This document shows, piece by piece, positions 12,881-23,650 of a stretch of DNA of 64,000 nucleotides. The stretch's first letter is position 1; every line of letters starts with the position of its first letter. The stretch is taken from assembly GCA_028534125.1 (NCBI GenBank), contig CM052823.1, forward strand, positions 4,836,001 to 4,900,000, in the 5' to 3' direction. Source of the stretch: Lama glama (lineage: Eukaryota). Under the pieces are notes generated by a model. It saw only the letters and a program-made list of their open reading frames with translations, searched no databases and had not been told where the DNA came from. The position numbers were made by a program, and so were the translations under genes.

Positions 12881-13704
12881 TTGATCTCAGAGGCCCCTTC
12901 TGATGTTGCCTGATCCTAGAGGTGGGTCTCGGGAGGGGCTTGTGGGAACTTGCTGGGACACTGCGCCCCTTGTGGAAGGTTGGACATCCCCTTTGGCACG
13001 TCCACTTGGCTGGCCACCTGGACAGCTGGCTTTTACCATTTAGAGAACAGGTGTAGGGGCTTGCGTCCTCCAGCCAGGTGGGCTCACCACAGTGAGTTTG
13101 CATCAAGTCCTTCTCTCCAGGCCACGTCGGGGCACGCTAGAGCCTCCTCCAAGGAGCCCGTGCTCCGTGCAACCCGGAGTGTTTGCTTCTGGTTCATACT
13201 TCTGAGCTCAGGGCCCTGGTTGGCCTGTGTTCCCTGGAAGTGGCAGCCTGTCCTGCAGCGAGACGGCCTCGAAGTGCATGCAGGCTAGGGCTCAGATCCT
13301 GCCAGTGGACTTCGGACTGGCTTCTTCAGGGTCCAAGCCTCAGTTTTCCCATACGTCCTCAGAGTGATATTGGCAGGCCTGGTGTGAGGATTCAGTGGGC
13401 AGGGGCTTCATAAATGCTTTGGCAGTGAAACTTTTTCCTGGGGGTCCCTTCTGGCACCGTAGCGTGCAAGCAGGTGGCTGGCGGGGAAGGGTGTGCATCC
13501 CTCTCCACTGTTTGGTCGTGGAAGCCAGGGGAGATGCAGGATGGACTGAGGCTTTGGGTGCTCCTTGGAGGGTGAGCCTGGGGTAACCAGGGCACTCTGC
13601 TCTCACGGGTGAGACACATGGGTGTGGACAGGGGACCGCCCATCACCCAGGAGGCAGGTAGGGTGATGCAGCAAGCCCAGCTGCTCCTTGGCAGCCACCT
13701 GGCA

Positions 13705-13820
13705 ACTCTGTGACCCTGGGCCTCACTTTGTCCATCTGTACAATGGGACTGATGAGCTCTCTCTCCTGTGAAGAGACTGCTCTGGTATGCAGAGGCCTGC
13801 AGGCACGTGTTGGGCACTGG
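13705..13820 (+). mobile_element. MIR SINE fragment
   Basis: tgtgaccctgggcctcactttgtccatctgtacaatggg. Confidence 0.6.
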
Positions 13821-15025
13821 AGAGATCCTGTTGAACCAGACTGGCCTGTGGGCCTGGCCTCTTGGTGGCTGTCCTCACACAAAGTCTCCCACACTCTTCA
13901 TTCACCACGGGCACTGAGAACAGTGTCCACCCTGTTTAAGGCCAAATTCTGTGAAGCCTGGTTTCTCAGTGCTATGCAGATCTGAGCGATGCTTCCTTCA
14001 TTAGGGCTGTAGCCGTGACTGAGAAAGGTGCTGGGCCCCTCTTGTCTATGTTGCTGGGGTCCCCACCCCTTTCTTTTCTTTGTCTGATGCTGGAGGGATA
14101 GTTTCCACCAGTGGTATAAACACCTGGTGTCAGTGCAGACAGACCTTTCAGGGGTGGCTTCTGCCAAGGAGACTTGGGCCCCATTCACATGTCAATGGAA
14201 GGGCTTTCTGCTCTAGCCAAACCCCGTCTGAATCCTCATTTCATGTTGAAGGTCTGATCCAGTGAGAGGCTGCAGCTCATTGTCGGTAGGTTTGTTTAAG
14301 AAAGCGACTAAATATGATTGCATAAAAGGCAAAGTTAATCTCCAAGGTGGCTTTGTCCTCACCCCCCACCCTCTGTCCCCCGCCATCCCCCGTTTTTCCG
14401 GGTTGTAATACGGCAGCAGCCGACAGTATTTTTATTCTACGTGTGACGAAAGATATTCTTGGCCTTTTCTGTTCAGCAACAGGACGAATGGATTTCTTCA
14501 TTCTTGAAGAAATATGTAAAATAATCCCTTAGAAGTCTAAAGAGATACGTTTGTTCAAAGCATTTAAAACGTTATTTTAATCAAAGGCACAAAACAGTCT
14601 GCATGCTGTGTCAGCCGAAGACGGCCATTCCATTTCAACAGCCCATCGTGCTTTTTTTTCCTTCCCAGTCTCCTGTTTTGCTTTTTCCCTCCCTACTTCG
14701 GCACCAACTTTTCTTTTCTTTTTTTTTTTTTTATATTTAATAAAAAGGANNNNNNNNNNNNNNNNNNNNNNNNNNNNNNNNNNNNNNNNNNNNNNNNNNN
14801 NNNNNNNNNNNNNNNNNNNNNNNNNNNNNNNNNNNNNNNNNNNNNNNNNNNNNNNNNNNNNNNNNNNNNNNNNNNNNNNNNNNNNNNNNNNNNNNNNNNN
14901 NNNNNNNNNNNNNNNNNNNNNNNNNNNNNNNNNNNNNNNNNNNNNNNNNNNNNNNNNNNNNNNNNNNNNNNNNNNNNNNNNNNNNNNNNNNNNNNNNNNN
15001 NNNNNNNNNNNNNNNNNNNNNNNNN

Positions 15026-15200
15026 GGGCGCCTCTCCGCCCGGGCCCCAGCAGTCCGCGCAGCCGCTGGCCCGGCCCCCGGCACCGCTGGCCGCGCCCAG
15101 GCCTCTCTGCTTCCTGCTTTCCGGCTGTGAGGGGCTGCTCCAGCCTGCCCGTGCCCCCGCTGCCCCCTGTCATTCCTAGGGCTGGCCCTGGTTGGCAGCT
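15026..15200. promoter_or_regulatory. Small CpG-rich patch abutting an N-run
   Basis: gggcgcctctccgcccgggcc...ccgcgcagccgctggcccggcccccggcaccgctggccgcgc. Confidence 0.45.
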
Positions 15201-17794
15201 GGTGGGATGGGGTCCGGGGGCTGCTGATTCTTGGGACTTTGCCTCTGGCTGGACTGTCTGGGCTGAGGTGCCCAGGTGGCCGCGAAGGTCCCGCCTTTTC
15301 AAGAGCTAGGACTCTTGAGTGTGGCCCTGACAGGTCCCAGCCCCCCGGCCAGGTGTTTCTAGAGGCAGGGCTCCAGAGATGGATGGGAAGGGCTGGCTTA
15401 GAAATATGTGGGATCTCTTCCACCCTTACAGGCATCCCCTGGGTGAGGACCAAGTTGGAATTCTGTCGGTCATGACACCAGGGTTGGACCTTTCCTTGGG
15501 ATGGTGTTCTGGAGATGGGTAAAAAGGGAGTAGTTAACTAGCCCCCCCCCCTTTTTTTAATAATGAAGAAGTGGGAGAGTGAAAGGAGGACCTTTCTGAA
15601 GCCTTGGGCATTCATTCATTCAACAACTGAGCACCTGCTGCCCTTCCCCGCCCTGGACATCCCCAGCCAAAAGAACCGCCCTGGAGGGGCAGGAGCTTGG
15701 TGGGAGGATGGCCATCTAGGGGACTGCTGTGTCCTGCTTAGGGGACATGACTGGAGTGTGAGCAGGTGGCAGCCCTGCTCTTGTTGTGTGTGGTCACGGT
15801 TTGCTCCTTGACCATGTGCTGTGGGCGAAGGAGGTCCCTGGAGCTTGTGTCTGAGGCCCATCTGCAGACAGAGGGGTGGCCTTGGTCAGAGGTGGGGGTT
15901 TGTCCTGGAGTGCTGGCTCAGGGGCGGCTGTAGGCTAGATACCCACCTGTATAGGTGTTCCTTCCGTTCCCTAAGATCCCTTCCTGCTGCGTTCTCTCTG
16001 CCACTGTTGGAACTTGGGGACCCATCCATCAAGGGGAGCAGGAGGAGTGAACCCTGGGAGGGGAGATGAGGGGGGTCCAGCATTTGCAAAGAGCATGAGT
16101 CTCTGAGCTGTTATCTGGGATGCGAGTCTTCAGGAGGGGTGAGGAGAAGGGGGCTTGGGGGAGCTGGGTTTGCAGCCTGCACTGGGAGATGCTGCCCCAC
16201 GGGAGTGGACCCAGGCCAAGTCTGCCAGCCTCACGCAGCGTGATTTGACCTTCTGAGCTGCAGTTCCCTCATCAGGGAGCCTACCTCCCAATAACTGTGA
16301 CGTGCAGTGACGTGTGCCTGGCGCGTGGTGCACGTGCTGTGAATACGAGCACCCTCCTCCTTCCCTTACGGATGCTCTGCTCTCCCTGGTTCCTTGTCTC
16401 CTGGTGTGAGAGTAGCCAGCGTAGGTCTCCCCGGAATGGAGGAGACACTTCCATTGGGTTCTGAGGATGCCACCGTCAGAAACGACCTCAGAACAACTGT
16501 CGTGTTTCCTGTCCCATGTGTCGCTCTGCCTTCCCCTGTCTTTAGTCACATTACTGTCAAGTGGCGTCAGCTCTGAGGGCAGGCGGCCCCGGGGGTGGGG
16601 TCTACTGGTCGAAGGAGCACGGGCTATGTTGCCAGGCGCCGGGGTGGGATTCCTGCGCCCATCCAGGGAGGTCGCTCTGCTTTCCTGGGCCTCAGTTTCC
16701 CTGTCTGCACTGACTTATTGGCTTTATGCTCAGAAGTAAATGAGATGAGGGTGTTAAGCAGCCTGGGCCTGGCCTTGGGTAGACCACTGAGATGTGGAAG
16801 CATCTGGGAAACTTTTTAAAGAGCGCAGCAGGAGGTGCTTGCTCTTCTCAGTCAGAATCTTGAAAACTCATCCTGGATCTCTCTCAGCCTTTTCCTCCAG
16901 ATTCCACCTTAGAATTCCCATTTTATAGCCCCTGATCACAGGCATTTCATTTTTGGTTTTTTTTTTGTGTGGTGTTATCACTGCTTCCATAACCAAATGG
17001 AGCTATAACAGGGGGAATGGGCCATCAGATGTCAGCTCTAGGTTTGCCTTCTGCCTTTTTTTCTCTTCCCTCCAAACCCCAGATGTCAGATTTCTAGAGA
17101 AATGCAGGAGACAGGCAGCTGGTGACAGGAGGTGGCAGGTACCCCTGGGCTGGAGGTGGCGGGCAGGTCCCTGCTGTGATGGCTCCGCCCGCTCTGCATG
17201 TCTTCATCTGGAACCCTGGAAGGGCCAGAGATGCTCCTGGGGGCAGGGGGCAGGGGGCATGGGGCAGGGCTCACATAGCCGGCAGGGCACAGACCGGCGG
17301 TTTGGTTTGGGGTCCCGGTGACCCATTGCTAGGCAAACTGTGCTGCAGCGAAGGGCTTCTGTTCAGCCGGAGGATTTACGCGCTGCTCTGAGAATGTTCG
17401 TTTCAGATTTTAAAAAGTAAATAAAATAAATGTGCAAAAAAGAATATTAACTCGGCCAGTGGGAGAAACTAAGTAACTTGCTTGTGCTGGAAACCAGAGA
17501 TAAACCCCACTTGCAGGTTGTCTTAAAAAACTTGCATTTGATAAATTTAGAATTGTTATTTTCCCTTCAAATTAAGATTAGTTAAATCCATGTGTGTTGT
17601 GGCACGGATTATCTTTTCTTTATTATTAAATTGTGACAGCTAATTATTAGTTCTGTCTGCACCAAGTGATGGTGGAGTGTTCCATCTGAGGGACATGGCC
17701 CTGGGCTCAGGCTCGGGGGCTGGGCATGCAGGGCTGACCTCAGAGCCTGGGCAGGGCCGGTGGGTGGTGGGGAAGAGGGGGCCAACCTGGTCAC

Positions 17795-17985
17795 CCACAC
17801 TGTGCTAGGTGCTTTTCTTGGGTTATCACACCTTGAAATAGATGTCAGTCTTGAAACAGATACTGTTAACCCCAGTTTGAAATAGACATTTCTACTCCCA
17901 GTTAGAGCTGGGGCTCAGAGAGGTTAAGGGACTTGCCCAAGGTCACACAGCAAAGTGGAATCAGACTCAGGTCTGCCTGGCTTCC
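17795..17985 (-). mobile_element. MIR SINE
   Basis: ggctcagagaggttaagggacttgcccaaggtcacacagc is the reverse MIR core. Confidence 0.8.
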
Positions 17986-18254
17986 TCGGATAGCACGGGG
18001 TATGGAGGCTTTTAGGAAGAAGTATACTAATTCTGCCTGGCTGGTGGAGCGACTGGTGGCAGGCGCTATCTCCAGGCTCCATTCATGGTGGTCTTTGAAG
18101 CCTGTCCCAGGTATGACCCTTGAAGATGACTGCCAGGAACCCTGAGGCCCCCAGAGGCCTTGACCCACAGTCCCAGGCATCCTCATATGGTGGTCTGTTC
18201 TTTCCTGGTGGAGGTTTTGGAAAGGCAGGCAACAGAAAAGCAAGCAATAAAATA

Positions 18255-18450
18255 TGAATTCAGACGGACTTAGGCTGGAATTTTGGTTTTGCCAGTGACT
18301 TGGTATATGACCTTCAGTCAGTTGTCCAAATCTCAGTTTCCTGTAAAATAGAGATAATCTTTCTTATCCTTCAGGCTCATTATATGGTTGGATTTAGACA
18401 GTGTGTGCATATTTGAGGTCCCTGTGCATTACCAGCTGTTGTTAATAACA
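18255..18450 (+). mobile_element. MIR SINE
   Basis: tgaccttcagtcagtt...ctcagtttcctgtaaaatagagataat... Confidence 0.65.
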
Positions 18451-19033
18451 GTCATCAGTTGGGGTCCACGGGGGTTCTGGCCTGAGCTGGAAGGATCTCT
18501 TTGCCCATTCCCCATTCTTAACTGTTAAGGGGGTGTCTGAGCTTGTGTTAACTGGTTGCAGACAGGGCTGAGTCCAGACCCCAGTCATCTTGAGTCGGGA
18601 CAGGTGACCTTTTGCCCCATCAGGCTGCCCCAGGCAAGCCATTTCCCCTGGCAGAGTCCTGATTTCCTCACCTGTAAATGGGGGTTGGGGGGAGTGATCC
18701 CTGTCCCACTGGCCTCCCAGGGAGGCAGGAGATGGCAGGTACCGTGTACACTGTCCGAGCCAGAGCAAAGAGTGTCATCAGCTGCAAATGTGACCGTGGC
18801 TCTGAGCGGCAGTTCAAAGTTGAATTAAAAGGAAGACGCAAAATATCGGTCAGCTAAAAGCTCATTATTTTTTTTTTTTCCGTTTTAGAGTTGGGAGCTT
18901 CTGACCTGCGATTTTTTCAGGTGGATCTGTGCTCCCAGCAGCAGGGAGGAAAGGGAGGAAGGCAAGTAAAGGGAGAGAGTGAGTGAGGAAGGCTCTGGGC
19001 CCCAAGTGGAGACCCGAACCAACATTTAGCCTC

Positions 19034-19089
19034 TATTATTATTATTATTGTTGTTGATGTTGTTATTGTTATTATTATTATTATTATTA
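19034..19089. repeat. Compound (TAT)n/(TGT)n trinucleotide microsatellite
   Basis: tattattattattattgttgttgatgttgttattgttattattattattattatta. Confidence 0.9.
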
Positions 19090-19339
19090 GACAGTAAGTA
19101 GTTAGCAGTTGATTTTAAGTTTTTTATTAGGCATTTGACAGCTTTCTCCGACCCTGCCTAATTTTCATGCCTGACTAATGCATAACCACCAGCTCTGAAT
19201 CTGTTCAGAGGGGGCTCTGTGTCAGTAAGCTGTGTAAATAAGGCAGCCTGGTGGTCACCCCTGTGCCCTTGAATTCCTCTTTTCACTGAGGAAACAAAAA
19301 GATGGAGTTTTTCATATTTGGATTTTTAATTTACTGCAT

Positions 19340-19735
19340 CCTTATTAGAGCTTACAGTGTGGCAGTCACGGTTTGAAGGGCTTCACACATACTAACTGAG
19401 TTAATCCTCCTAGCAACCCCACTTGACCAAAGAGGAAACTGAAGCACAGCGACGTTAAGTCATTTGCCAAAGTCACACAGCCAGTGAGCAGGGGCCCAGA
19501 AGGTAAGCGCCGGTAGTCACGCTCCTTCTGGTGGCGAGATGGGGCTGCCCGTGGTCATATTTTATCCCACGTTCCCATCCAGTGTCTCTGCCCCACCAAA
19601 GCGGTTAAATCAGGTATTACTTTCATTTTGTAGATGAGGAAACCGAGTCATAGAGAGGTTAAACGCCTTGCACAGCCACCCTGTGAGTCAGCGGCACTGT
19701 TGTGCCTAGGAACCAGGCCCCTTACTTCCAGCCAG
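19340..19735 (-). mobile_element. Two tandem MIR SINEs
   Basis: Reverse cores gaggaaactgaagcacagcgacgttaagtcatttgccaaagtcacacagc and ttttgtagatgaggaaaccgagtcatagagaggttaa. Confidence 0.75.
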
Positions 19736-22239
19736 TGCCCAGGCCTGGGTGCGATGGTGCCGGTCTTTAACTGTGGCTGGCACAGGCCTCTTCTGCCCCG
19801 ATTTCCACTCTCAGGGTGAAGCTCCCTGGTGGGAATTGGGGTCTAGTGTGGGGTGAGGGAATCAGGACAGTGGGGCTCCCCTGTCCTACATGTCTGTCCA
19901 TTTCCTGCCCACTGCTCTGTGCAAAACCCGTCTGGTTAGGAGCTCACCCCTCCCCAGGGTAGGGATGGTAACAGGCAGGTGGGCCTACTGGCTGCAGCCT
20001 GGGGAGGGGCAGGCAGGGTGGACTCGGGCCCAAGACCTGTGGCCACAGCTGTGTGACCTTGAGCAGACCCTCCCCCTCTCTGGGCCTGAGCTTCCTAAGC
20101 TGAAATCTGAGAAGGGGCCATCAGTGGTTTGTAACAGCTGCAAACTCCTGGCAGCAGGGTGGGGGGTAGACTCCAACTTCCCACCTCAGTACCCTTCCTG
20201 CCCAGCGGCCCCAGCTGACTTCCCTCACTTGTTATGTATCGCGCTTAGGAAGTAAGTTTTCTTTGAAGAAATTGGTGGCTGAAAATGAAAACCATTACAT
20301 TAAAAGGTAAACAGGGTCTCTTTCTGCTCCAAGCTGTGAAGGTGCTTCTGGGAGGATGTGGTGTGCGCACTGTGAGGCTGATGTTTGGGCACGGGCTCCT
20401 CGAGTGCCCGGGCCCTCTCTGGGCACTGTCCCTGACGTTGTTGGTGTGGTTGGGTACTTGTCTTTTTGTTGTTATGAGGACTCCCCTCCCCTCCAATGTA
20501 TAAACCTCAGGCCCCGCAAAGCCTGGGCCCGCTGCGGCCCAGGGACTGCTAGATGGCAGTCAGTGACCTCAGGTGGAGTCAGCTTTGCTGGAATGGAATC
20601 CAGGGAGAAGCTCCAGGTGGCAGGATGGGTCAGGCAGGACTTGGAGGCCCCGAGCTGAACTCAGAGGGGGGAGGCCGTTTTGGAGAAGGCAAGGCTTTAT
20701 TTTATTTTATTTTTCAGTGGGTTTCTTTTGGGCCTTTCTTCTGGTCTGCTGGGTTTGATCTGGAGGGCCCCCTGGGGAGGCTGGGGGGGCTCAGGAAGGA
20801 GGAGTCTGTGCTGAGGGAGGGGCAGTGCGGGAGAGGGAGGTCCTGGGAAGGTGAGGTGGGGCCACTACAATGAGAGACAGTCTGGGGAAGGCGCTGCCTG
20901 CTGCTCAGACAGCGTGGAAACTGGGCTCCTTTGGGTGGAAAAGAGCCAAAAAATGGCCTCTTGTTGGAGGTGAGAAGTCAGAATCCTCCACTCCTGGTGT
21001 GGAGAGAAGGCAGTTATTTGGATGCACCACCAAGGGTGGGGTGAATCCCCCCACCTTAGACAGCGAGCTGGTTCTCTAAGCCAAGGCAGTGTTTGATCAG
21101 GGCGGCTGACCCTGGCTGAGTACCCTGGGTGGCTTCCACGGCCTTCATGGTGCAAGTGTGGACACAGCCTTAGGTGCAGGGAGATAAATTCAGACTGAAA
21201 GGTGCAAACAGATGCATAGGTCACCACTCACCCAAAATGAATCCACGTGTGTAAAACCCCGAGGCCCGACAGATTCAGTGCCTGGGCTGTGGTTCGAGGG
21301 AGGGTGCCTGTCCGACCTGGCAGTGACTAGGAAACATGCTTCTGTTTTCCTGACTTGAAAGTAGTGGAGAAAGCACTGGCTTTATTTCCAAGGCTCTTTT
21401 TGGGCCAGAGCATGGCATCTGGAGAGTATAGCCCCCTAGCTGGGTTCCAGAGGTCTTTCCTTGGGGCTGGGGGCCTCCCTGGCCTGGGCTCAGTGTAACC
21501 AGTCGTCTGGGGCTCTTCCTTTCCCTTAAGGAGAAACAGGACAAACCTTTGATGACCCCCTCCCACCCCAGCAACTGGCTAACAACGGTTGAGGCTGGTA
21601 GACCCCACAAAACTAAGTTCTCCAAGGGAGCCAGAGTGGATTCTTTCCCCCTCCCTCCCTGAGTTCAAAGCCAGACAATTAAGAAATCTAAACAGTGTGG
21701 TCTTCTCCCTGCATTGTTGACATCAGTGGCTTGTAAAACTTTCCCTGCAAAGGAGGCGAGGCGACTTTATTCGCTGGGAAAAAGAAGTATGTAATTTTCC
21801 TGACCTGGCCTTTGCTTTGGAGAGAAGGGGAGAGAGAAACAAACGGGGCACGGCCTAAGACAGCAGAGTTCACATTCCAGCGGCGTCGGGGCACTGTGGT
21901 CCCAGGCACCGGAAGCACCCTACTGTGGGGAAATGAGACACTGAGACACCGAAGGGAAGGGATGTGAGGCTGCATGTGCTTTGGGGACTGGGTCCTTGGC
22001 CAGTTCTAATGCAGTGGCGGAGGGTGGGAAGATGGACATCTAACCCTCCCAACTCTGAGACTGAACTCCTCCTGCTCCCATGAAACAAGGCGCCACCTGC
22101 CTCACTAGTAATGCAATTTCCCACGTGCACTGAAGGTTGCAAGACTCTTCTGGCCTCCTCGCAGGATCTCTAGCGACATCCCCGCCCCCCACGCCTAGAC
22201 CCTCTTTCCTGCCCTCGACGGTGCCCACCACCTGCAAAT

Positions 22240-23650
22240 CACCCCCTCTCCCGTGGGAGGGGGCAGGGGCAGAACTCCTCCTGCCAGGCCGGCGGGGAAC
22301 TTAAGCCCCGCCCCTCGGGGCCTCCAGGGTTGGGGTCCATGTCTTCACAGACAAGCCCAGGCACACGATGGCCTTTCCCGTGGCGGGTCGTGCAGAGCTC
22401 AGGCAGGGGCGCTGGGGCCCACCGCACCTCCCCGACCCGTTTTGGGAAACGGGCGGACACTGTGGCAACTTCGTGATTGCTCCGCAGGTTCCCCTGTGAT
22501 CGGTGCCCCTACCCCCGCCGGTCCTGGTCCCGTCCGGGTCCCGCCGGGGGTGCTGAGACGCTGCTCAAAGGCCTTTGGGCGCGCCTGGCCCCTGCTGGGC
22601 AGCTGGGCTCGCCGATCCCGCGGCCTCCCCGGCCTGCGCCCCGGGCGCGGCTGTGCGACCATTAGCCACTCCTTCCTGCTCTGCCGGCCCCGGGCAGCCG
22701 CGCGCGTTGATTGTGGCTTCCTGGGGCGGGAGGGCCGAGGGGGCTCCAGGTCCATGCATAATTCGGGGGCTTAATGGGCCAGCTGCCCGAGCTGGGCGGC
22801 GAGGGGCGGGCGGAGTCGCAGCTGACCCTACCCGCGTCTGGCCTCACCGCGAAGGCGCGCTCCTTTCTTCCTCCCGTGACAGCTCTCCTCCCCCTCTCGG
22901 CCCGGGTCCGAGGAAGGCGGCGGGGTGGGGGTGGGGTCGGGCGAGTTGCAGGGTTAGCCAAGGGGAGGGGGCTTTCTTCTAGCATCCGCGCAACTTTTGC
23001 TTTGGGGGCCGGAGGCGGGCGGTGAATCGGAGACGCCCCAAGACCCGGCTCTTCAGGGACTAGGGGGAGTTGGAATGCAGGTTTCTTCGGAGCACTTTGC
23101 TGCCCTTGAGTCTTTTTTTCCAAGACCCTCCCCCCTACTCCCCCGCCCTGCCTCCCCCTTGTCCCCTGGCGGCCCCGTCGGCCCCCTGCTCCGAAGCTGC
23201 CCGGCGAGCTCGCCCCTGGCCGCGGGCCAGCCCCCTTCTCTGGCTGTGCGCGGAGATGGATGGAGGCGGAGACCCAAGGTCAAGGGCGGGGAGCCCGCCG
23301 GCCCGGGGCCCCTTTGTGTACGCAGGGCCGCCCCTCCTCCACCCGCCGCCCCCTCCCCAGACCCCCGGCGTGCGCCCGCGCTAGTGACCTACCCGGCCGT
23401 GGGGAACTGTATTTCAGAACCCCTGAAAACTCCGACCGGTGGCCCCCTCGAAACCGCCGCGCGCCAGGGCGGGGCTCCTGCTAGGGTGGCATCCGTTCCC
23501 GGGCGTGCGTCCCGGTTCTTGGGGTGGCCTGGGGATCCCCTCTCCTCCCGCCGCCAACGCACTGGAGGGTCGTGCCGCCCTTCTCAACCCACTTGGCCTG
23601 ACAGAGCCCGGCAGCTCCCGGATCCAGGTGAGGCCCAGTTGGAAGGCGCC
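22240..23650. promoter_or_regulatory. Intragenic CpG island in intron 2
   Basis: About 1.4 kb of very high GC with abundant CG dinucleotides and GC boxes (ggggcggg at ~22723, ~22803, ~23284). Confidence 0.9.

Noticed and set aside
14577-15453. Long ORFs spanning N-runs (here and at 27 kb, 33-34 kb, 43 kb and 51 kb)
   Set aside because: Artefacts of N translated as X with no stop codons.
23445-23457. 13-mer CCCTCGAAACCGC shared with 28-40 in the other CpG-rich region
   Set aside because: Tens of repeated 13-mers are expected by chance in 64 kb, and there is no extended similarity.
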